Positions 23,788 through 32,000 of a stretch of DNA of 32,000 nt are shown here, in pieces. Source of the DNA: Zygophlyctis sp. KS116 (taxonomy: Eukaryota > Fungi > Chytridiomycota); contig BAAFSQ010000029.1 of the NCBI GenBank assembly GCA_054661495.1, positions 29,009 to 61,008 on the forward strand, written 5' to 3'. Position numbers and translations under genes: made by a program. Each line of letters starts with the position of its first letter. The first letter of the stretch is position 1. Below the pieces are notes generated by a model that saw nothing but the letters and a program-made list of their open reading frames with translations, was not told the DNA's origin and did not search any database.

Positions 23788-25139
23788 ATGGAAGGAATAG
23801 AGGAATTATTTGATTTTTTTTATCATCAGGCCAAGGAGATTCCATGGAATTTATATCCAAATTTTCCAGAATATTTTTCTACAGATTTGGTACTACGAAT
23901 TAAACAAGAATGGAATACTATGCCGCAAGATTCTCAAATGGGATTTTTAGTTGGGATTTTAACTCCTTACAAGAGGAAAATTACTGCAGAGTACAAGGAC
24001 GATGCGCTATTGTTGTTGGAAAGTGCGCTGGAGCCTGGAAATAATTTAGATGTGGTACTAATGGCAAAATGTATACAGCACTGGGTCAAATATGGATATT
24101 TGGATTTGTCAGTCTACAAAAATTCTGATGCATTCAAAAATATTCAGGATAAATTAAGAGAAATTCTTAAAGATATTAAATGGGTTCCGTCAGAAGTGGA
24201 ATTTCTTTCAGAAAAAGTTTTAGAGTCTTATGATTTGCCAGAATTAGTAAAAGAAGGATTGGTGTTGAAAGAATCAAGTCAAATACCTTGTTTAAAAGAT
24301 AGAATGGCTAAATATGGAGTTGATCATTTACAAGAAATAGAGTCGCCAGTTAGAGGAGAACGGGAAAAAAAGACTACTCCTTCTTCGTTTTTAAGAAGAG
24401 CTAGTAGAGGTTCAATCACTTCACCTTCAACTTTTCCAAAGGCTAGGCAGTCATTGGTTAAAGACTCAAAGGCGGTTGTACTGGATTTAAAGGAAATTGA
24501 ATCATTACAAATGGAACAAGTAAAGGAAAAAAGAAAGTTGGAAGATGAAAAAATAAAGAAACAAAAGGAAAAAGAAGAGGCAAAAGAGGCAAAGAAATTG
24601 GAAAGGTTTAGATTAGAAGAAGAAAAAAGGAAGCATGATCAAGTTAAAAAAGAACAAGACAGGTTTAGAAAAGAAAAGGCAGAAGAGGAAAAGAAATTGC
24701 TTTTACAAAAAAGGAAGGAGAATGTAGGTCAAAAGCGTCAAGAAGATGTTGAAAATTCTAAAAGAAAAGGTAGTAACGATGAGAATGGTACGTATATTCT
24801 GGTTCATATTCTAGAAGCTAAAAAGACAAAGTTTGCACCATCGCAAAAGGTATTCGATGTTATTGGGAATGCAGATTTATGCACGTCGGAGGACTTGCAT
24901 GTTATAGAAGATTTTCTGCAGGGTAGATATAGTAAGATGCTTTTCTTAACTCTATAGAAATACATCCAGAGACAAAGCATATTTCTTTAACAGAAAGAAT
25001 TTTTGAAGATGAGCAGGGGAACTCTAAAAAAGAAGCAATCATACTGATACTTGATTATTCGCAATGTAAATGGAAAAAAGTAAGGAAAACAGCTTCAAAT
25101 CCTACAAATTTAACTTTGCCACCAGCAGCAGAAGCCTAA
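23788..25139 (+). CDS. NELFA: Negative elongation factor A (NELF-A/WHSC2)-like protein
   Basis: Motifs collinear with animal NELF-A as recalled: helical N-domain ending GYLDL, WVPSEVEFLSEKVL (cf. LPLECQYLNKNAL), KAVVLDLKEI (cf. GVKLLDISEL), and C-terminal IEDFLQG..ISLTE..LDYSQCKWKKVRK (cf. ILGFMAG..IKLSE..MNYATGQWTRFKK). Introns 24932-24957 and probably the in-frame 24788-24814. Confidence 0.7.
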
Positions 25140-25149
25140 ATAGAGTTTT

Positions 25150-26562
25150 CTAATCATTCCAAATTCTAATTCCTGTGTTTGAAATATTGCTTGTCAAAGC
25201 TCTGATAGAACCACTAGTATATGAGTCCCATAGTTCTTTTAAGTTGTCTAATGGCCTCTTCCCGATCGCAATGCAAAATATCGCATCAAATCCTCCAGCT
25301 ATGAACTTCAGTTGAATAAAAATTACCTCCCGGTACACCAGACACGATAACTCCTGGAACTTGTAATGATGCATCACATATCGCAGTCTGCTCAGGAGGT
25401 TCAATCGGAACTTGAGCTTCAACTGATAGATGTCTTAAATGAGACCTTATCTCTTCAAATGTTGAATGAATTTGAGCAATAGTTGTACATATTTTATCTT
25501 GAGAATCTAAAAGCTATGATTAGATTAATTCATGTTAAAAAATTACGCTAGATATTTTGAGTTCACTACATTTTTCCATAATAGTAAAATATCTTTCTGG
25601 ATTTTCATTATGTAAAGCCTGGAGACAGTCCATCAAATCCTTAAAATCCTGGTTTTTCTTTTCAAGATCATTCCAGATTTTTTTGGCTAAAAATGAATCA
25701 TTAAGTTTATTACAAAGCTCTTGATTTTCTTCCTTCCATTTCATTAGCTTACTTGCCATTTTCGGAGAGTTACTTCCTTCTTTAACATCGCCTAAGATTA
25801 ACGTTAGTCCCGAGGCAAGACTAAATGGCATCACGATAGAATCCCACCTTTAATCAATCCCAAAAATATATATACCTTTTACAAATGATCTGTAAAAATT
25901 CAAATCCATTTAGACTATTACTAGGTGCATTTAGCGCATCTTGTATCAATGAGGGAGAAAATCTATGGTAAACTTGACTTCCATATACGGCGGCGGATAC
26001 ATCGAATCCAGAACCAATTTTCCCTTGAACCAGACAATGAACAAACTGACTTGTATTGTGAATAAGTTGCAAAAGATCAACATTTAAATTATGCAAAAAA
26101 TGCGACAATAACCCACCTATTAAGCCAGTAACCAATGCTGCCGAAGATCCAAGACCAGTCTTTTTAACATTTTCTATTGTACTGGACGTATCAGAGTAAA
26201 AATTGTTATCGCCGAGTATAACTACATTTAACGCTCTCATTTCAAAGTTGGAAATTAGTTGCTTGATCAAGAATATTGAATATTGTACCGAAGCCTGAAT
26301 ATATTTGTTGGGGGATCCTGATCTTGTGTTTAATAATTATGAAATACATTAATTGTCCATTGCCATCGATGATCCAATATCCATTTTCAAATTGTGGAGA
26401 CTTAATGCGGATGTTCCGATCATCATTGTCAGAATCATTAATTTGAATCTGAAATGTTGAGTCCAGCGATAGCACAAGTCCGGGTTTATTCTCTAGAACC
26501 AAATATCCTCCTGTTATCAGAACCTTTCCCGGAGTCGAGACAATTGTCTGTTGATTGGTCAT
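25150..26562 (-). CDS. ERG8: Phosphomevalonate kinase, ERG8 (GHMP) type
   Basis: PGKVLITGGYLVL, KTGLGSSAALVT, HCLVQGKIGSGFDVSAAVYGSQ.Y.RF, VPIEPPEQT, GVPGAGGFDAI. Introns 26323-26347, 25848-25875, 25687-25713 (in frame), 25514-25546, 25299-25326. Confidence 0.93.
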
Positions 26563-26664
26563 TTAAAGGGTTTAAACTCTGCCGAACCAATTAATAATCG
26601 GACAGGATTAGATCTAAATCATTTTTATTCTTTTTTTAATTGAATCTGCATCTGCATCCTTTGA

Positions 26665-28150
26665 TTACAACTTTCTATCAGAAAGCGCACGAGATATCTC
26701 TTGATTGAAAACCATTTCATACAATTCTGACTTTAGTCTACAAAAACAATACCTTGCTTTCCTGAGATGACCTTTGGTTTTCCAAGCTTCTTTGCAATAG
26801 CTTCTAAATCATGAAAGGTAGAAATCCCAGACTCAACTGCTAAATATTGAGATTCAGACCACGAGGAGTATCGTTCGGACACCATTTTTGGAATTTTTCC
26901 GGAATTGATGATATATGCTGCATTAATTAAACCTTTGGCAAAAGTATCCATTGATCCAATATGAGCTATAAACAAATCATCCAGACTAGTAGATTCACGT
27001 CGAACTTTAGCATCAAAATTAAGTCCACCAGTTGCAAAACCACCCATTTTTATAACAGTTTGCATAATTACAGTAGCTTTTCTTTCATCCATTAAAAATT
27101 GGTCTGTATCCCATCCTAATAGTTCATCGCCAGTATTACAGTCAATAGAGCCCAACATTCCATAAGTAGCTGAAATCTGGACATCATGATCATACTGATG
27201 TCCGGCTAGTGTTGTATGCTTAGAGTTAGATTTATTTAATTACATTTGGTTCAATATTCAATTTAAAATCCTTTTCAAGTCCATACGTGTATAAAAATCC
27301 AATAACTGTCTGAGCATCATAATCATACTGATGCTTACAAGGCTCTCTAGGTTTTGCTAATTATTAAACATGATCAAGATTTACGTTCAATATAAAACTG
27401 AAATTTAGCCCCTAATTCATTCTTGTAAGAAACAGCCATTTTGAAAAAGGCTGCCATATGATCCAATTCTTTTTTCAAATCGGTATTTAATAGAGTAGAG
27501 TAGCCTTCCCTTCCTCCCCAAAAAACGAAACCTTGGCCGTTCAGTTTATGAGTAACCTTCACTAAAATCATTATTAAGCATTATTACTAGCCTGCTTCAC
27601 TTGTGCCGCTGCATGAGCATATACTAATGCGTCCGGATTAGTAGCTGCACCACAAGCATATTTTGGGGCTGAAAAGAGATTAGCTGTACCCCATAACAAC
27701 TTTACTCCAGTCTAATTTAAGTTCAATTAGTATACTTCTTCTTGTTTATAAGCCATATAATCAGTGACTTTATCCAACAAATCATTTGTTTCATCTATCG
27801 TTTCTAATTCAGGTGCCACATCTCGATCATGAAAAGTGCTACGCTTAATTAAACTGAACTTACTAGAATTCTACGCCAAGTTTTACAAAAAAATCAAAAG
27901 CAGCGTCCACTCGTTGCTTACATAAATCAAGCACAGAGGTATCATCGGTTGCCCATGGTCTCGTAAGAGTAGCAGATCCAAACGGATCAGTTCCGATGCC
28001 TCTAAAAGTATGCCAAAAGCAAACCGAAAATCTAGTCCATTCGGACATCTTTCTGCCGTGAACTATAGCATTTTTATCATAGTATTTGAAATTAAATGGA
28101 TCGTCATTATTAGGACCAGCGTATTGGACGCTTATGTTCGAAAATGTCAT
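26665..28150 (-). CDS. xylA: Xylose isomerase, class II
   Basis: [80 protein letters not shown]. Six introns: 27839-27863, 27712-27735, 27562-27587, 27357-27384, 27219-27243, 26727-26752. Confidence 0.95.
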
Positions 28151-28262
28151 ATTTGACTGGCGTTCAAGGTTTCTACAAAAAAGCAAAACTACTTTATTCC
28201 TGTTTCCCAATGTAGATTTTATTCTTCATAATGATTTATGCAGCCTATCAAACTATTTCTTA

Positions 28263-29727
28263 TCATTCAAAAGTGTCCATTTTCCGAGATCTAGAATTAA
28301 AAATGAATTTTTTTACCTTTTTTGAACTAGATCATTTACATAATCAATATTATTAATATATAGAGGTGGATATTTTACAAATTTACGCTTATCTAAAGAT
28401 TTTTCAGAAATGAGAGGAACTGTTCCATGACGTGCAAAATATAAACCACATTCATTGCATAAGTTTTTACGATCATTAGGACCGACTCTAATAATACTGG
28501 TTTCAGACTGAGATTTTTGGCAACTTAAGCATCTCCAAATGACTTTTTCTGTGTTAGAATTTGGTAAAGTCCTCATTCTGACCAATTCATGCCTTTGATT
28601 CTCCATGTCCACAAGTTCTTTATATTGTTGAGCTATTATAGGATGTAATGATTTGGGTTTAGATCCAGATTGGATAAATCCTGCATTTAATGCAGCATTA
28701 GCATTATGATATATGCCGACTGGAGTTCTTTGAGTTTTTTGAGCTTCAATCTTATCAGGAATAGTAATAGCTCTTCTGCTTCTTTGTGTTTGCCTTCTTT
28801 TTCGTCTCGCATCTCTTTGAGAATCCTTTTCCATCTTATCAGACACGGAATTTGCAGTGTACTTGGGTCCATATACTTCCATATCATTGACTGGTCTTAT
28901 CAATGTTGAATCATCAATAGGAGGCATTATCAGTGGACCTAATTCTTCATCCATGACTGGACTTCCGTCAAATCCATAATCATGCAATAAAAGAGCCGAA
29001 GCAAACAATTGAACTTGCTCTCTAATAGAATGTGAAATAGCACTTATAAATTCACTGTCTAACCCCAATTCTTTCACCATTAACTCTGCAAACAACTCTG
29101 GATCATTCCTCTTACACATAATGTCCCATTCAAACTGATCTACGAGAGAATAATTAGCAAGTGTAATATCCAACTTAATCAAAATCCTTAGTTCCTGATC
29201 ATCTTTTTCTCCATTATCAATTAGACTTCCTTGGGCACTTGTCCATGGCAAACATTTACTAGGAAACTGAGAGAAATTGTCCTGAACTTGAGATTTGATT
29301 TCAGACGCAATCAGTGGAACAAAATGTGCATGTGGCAACTTCAAATCCTCACACAATATCTCTGCAAAAGCTTCAGGTTTTAGATGATTCTCTGATAATA
29401 ATTAGATTTTCAAGCGAAAGTAATTTATGGATCAAACCCGACATTACCATACAAATTCCAAGTAAAGCATTCCTTGAGCTTATGTCCCTCTGGTCCCTCC
29501 AGATCTAAACGAATAGCCACAAGCCGTTGATCTTGGTCGCTTACGACAGTAGGAATGCTTACAGTAGACGTTGCTGATCGACGATCATTCACAATGTTTA
29601 CATTCTCATTGTTGGCTTGGGCCTTGCTCTTTAACTGATTCCACAGTAGACCTAAATTTCTATTATGATCTTTTATAATCTCATCAAACTCTTTCTCTCT
29701 TTTTATGAAAATAGAAATCTTGTCCAT
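28263..29727 (-). CDS. SNF5: SWI/SNF subunit SNF5/SMARCB1 family protein with a C-terminal GATA-like zinc finger
   Basis: LVAIRLDLE..KLKECFTWNLYE..PEAFAEILCEDL and LRILIKLDIT..LVDQFEWD..AISHSIREQ; finger CLSC-X20-CNEC. Intron 29392-29447 (56 nt) and probably 28291-28316; if the latter is not spliced the stop is at 28313. Confidence 0.85.
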
Positions 29728-29755
29728 TAGAATTTTTTAGTATTTGAACAATTTC

Positions 29756-31116
29756 TTAAAAATTTCCAGCTTTGATCATTGCTTCTCTTGAAGGTCCAAC
29801 ACCAATCCATGATACTGGTACCCCCAATAGAGTCTCAATTCTCTGAATGTATGCTTTAGCTTCTAACGGAAGCGCATCAAACGATCGTACTGAGGAAATA
29901 TCACACTTCCATCCCTTCATTGTTTCATAATCCACAGTTACTTGAGAGAGTATACTCAAATCAGCTGCTATAAGAGGATAAAATGATTTACCTGGGAAAG
30001 ATTCTAATAACTCGCCTTTATAACGATATCCCACTCCAATCTTAATTTCATCAAGGGAATCTAAAACATCCAACTTTGTAATGTTTATACTAATCGTAAA
30101 CTACTAAAAATACCTAGTATAATCATTAATCATGTGAGAATATTTTAAAACTACCATATCAAGCCATCCACACCGACGTTTTCTACCAGTTGTTGTTCCA
30201 TATTCATTCCCTACAGTTTGCAAATGTTCACCAATAGAGTCTAACAACTCTGTAGGGAATGGACCTGCTCCAACTCTAGTTGTATAAGCTTTTACAACTC
30301 CAATCACATTATGAATATGACGAGGAGATATTCCCAGCCCAGTACAAACACCCCCAATTCCAGTATTTGAAGACGTAACAAAAGGATAAGTTCCAAAGTC
30401 AATATCCAACATGAGTGCATTTGCACCTTCAATAAGAATTTTCTTTTTTTGTTCAAGGCATTTATGAATATATGTAATAGAATCTGTTACAAACGGTTTA
30501 ATTTGGGGAATAATTTTCTATAATTCTTAGTTTGTCGTGAAAATACCTGTAATAAATCTAATTCAGCTTCTGCATCATGTTCAAAATCCCCAAATCTTTT
30601 CTTCTTATTTGCAAGCGCAACAAGATATTTTGCCTTGAATTCTTCAAAATTCAATAAATGATGCATCCGAAGACCGGACCTTGTAGCTTTTGAGGAATAC
30701 GCTGGACCGATTCCTTTTTTCGTAGTTCCTAAATCACTATTAGATCCTCTTAGCTCAAGTTCCTTGAGTCCATCGATAACCTGATGAAAGTCAAACACTA
30801 TATGACAGCGATCAGACACAAACAGCCTTCCGGTTGGATCCGAAATTCCTTTTTTTTCAAGCTTCTCCAATTCTTTAAAAAAGGAAGGCAAATGTATGAC
30901 TACACCATTCCCAATGACTGAAATACATGAAGGATTTATCAAACCGGACGGCAATAAGTGAAAATCAAACGTAGTACCATTTACAACAATTGTATGTCCT
31001 GCATTATTCCCCCCTTGACATCTAGCGCAAACATCTGCATCTTGCGCTAATATATCGACCAATTTCCCCTTTCCTTCGTCTCCCCACTGAGCACCGAGTA
31101 CAACCGTCGTCGTCAT
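29756..31116 (-). CDS. ADE12: Adenylosuccinate synthetase
   Basis: [82 protein letters not shown]. Introns 30518-30546, 30090-30113 and the in-frame 29965-29991. Confidence 0.96.
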
Positions 31117-31206
31117 GTTTGAGAACGAGCCCTAATTTCCTGAAGGTTTGGTGGACATTAAAAACCCAAAAATAGACGTTAAGTATTTTATTAGAATCAC
31201 AAGAAT

Positions 31207-32000
31207 CTAAAAAATTGTAGCTAAAAGTATTCCCCACATTACAGCAGTGGATGACCACCAAAGCATTGAGCTCGATGATGAGATCAGATTGATATTCTCA
31301 TATTCTTTACCATGAGAATGATCACCATCCACGTGTTCTTTACCATGACCATCCACTTGTTCTTTACCATGAGAATGATTACCATCCACTTGTTCATGAT
31401 GCTGATCATCCTTTACTACTTTATCATGAAAATCATTTTTTCCTCCATGGGAATGGTTTTCCTTCTCTTCAAAATCGTGTTTTCCTTGATCCTTGGAGTG
31501 GCAGTTTTTCCCTCCTTCATGAGAGTCACAATCCTGATCTTTTTCGTGTCCTTTTCCTTGATTTGAGAATAATTCCTTCTTACCTTTAGGGTGTCCTCCT
31601 TTAGAGTCTCCACCTTTGGGATGGCCCCCCTTAGAATCGCCATCTTCACAGTCTCCTTTTGGATCACCCTTATGATCTCCTTTTGGATCACCCTTATGAT
31701 CTCCTTTTGGATCTCCTTTATTATCTCCTTTTGGATCACCCTTATTATCTCCTTTTGGATTTCCTTTAGTGTCTTCTTTTGGATCTCCTTTATGATCTCC
31801 TTTTGGATTTCCTTTAGTGTCTTCTTTAGAATCACCCTTATTATCTCCTTTTGGATTTCCTTTAGTGTCTTCTTTAGAATCCCCCTTATTATCTCCTTTT
31901 GGATTTCCTTTAGTGTCTTCTTTTGGATCTCCTTTATGATCTCCTTTTGGATTTCCTTTAGTGTCTTCTTTAGAATCACCCTTATTATCTCCTTTTGGAT
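31207..32000 (-). CDS. 3' part of a low-complexity KGDx-repeat, His-rich protein with a GPI-anchor-like C-terminal signal
   Basis: The frame ending at 31207 is open to the window edge (PKGDNKGDSKEDTKGNPKGDHK...DGNHSHGKEQV...ISSSSSMLWWSSTAVMWGILLATIF*). Possible in-frame 27-nt intron at 31557-31583. Confidence 0.7.
   Translation of the reverse strand, partial: PKGDNKGDSKEDTKGNPKGDHKGDPKEDTKGNPKGDNKGDSKEDTKGNPKGDNKGDSKEDTKGNPKGDHKGDPKEDTKGNPKGDNKGDPKGDNKGDPKGDHKGDPKGDHKGDPKGDCEDGDSKGGHPKGGDSKGGHPKGKKELFSNQGKGHEKDQDCDSHEGGKNCHSKDQGKHDFEEKENHSHGGKNDFHDKVVKDDQHHEQVDGNHSHGKEQVDGHGKEHVDGDHSHGKEYENINLISSSSSMLWWSSTAVMWGILLATIF
31652..32000. repeat. Coding minisatellite: 12-bp monomer with 48-bp and 96-bp higher-order units
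   Basis: Minus-strand units such as ggagatcataaa, ggagatccaaaa, gaagacactaaa and ggaaatccaaaa; continues past the window end. Confidence 0.92.

Noticed and set aside
26665-28150. Bacterial contamination or very recent horizontal transfer of xylA
   Set aside because: The gene has six introns of the same type as its neighbours and similar base composition.
28151-28210. N-terminal extension of xylose isomerase given by the ORF track
   Set aside because: It begins at a non-ATG codon; the ATG at 28150 matches the usual class II N-terminus.
31416-31979. 187-aa ORF with IQKEI/LKKTL repeats
   Set aside because: Shadow frame of the 12-bp repeat. The alternative KGDx frame is open throughout and ends in a coherent GPI-like signal.
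1-32000. Many split ORFs suggesting pseudogenes, frameshifting or an alternative genetic code
   Set aside because: Almost every break is resolved exactly by a 24-33 nt GT-AG intron under the standard code. Only the breaks near 19797, 21380 and 23235 are not.
31652-32000. CRISPR-like or telomeric array
   Set aside because: No unique spacers; the units are multiples of 3 and lie in an open coding frame.

Overview
AT-rich, very gene-dense eukaryotic DNA, most likely from a zoosporic (chytrid-grade) fungus. This assignment is inferred from an axonemal inner-arm dynein together with fungal-type ERG8 and SNF5 and a Crinkler-like gene. The ORF track is fragmented because nearly every gene carries ultra-short GT-AG introns: I mapped 43 candidates by hand, and 42 of them are 24-33 nt. 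Gene order after splicing: cNMP-binding/F-box/LRR protein (5' truncated), WDR24/RTC1, NPR3, DNAH7-like dynein heavy chain, an accessory stretch at about 19.0-23.7 kb, a NELF-A-like gene, ERG8, class II xylose isomerase, SNF5 with a GATA-like finger, ADE12, and the 3' part of a KGDx-repeat, His-rich, probably GPI-anchored protein. The accessory stretch holds an insert flanked by a ~100-bp direct duplication of the PYM1 3' end, PYM1 with an internal SAP-like region, a hAT transposase remnant and a frameshifted Crinkler-type NTPase-nuclease. All family assignments come from motif recognition by eye; no database search was run.
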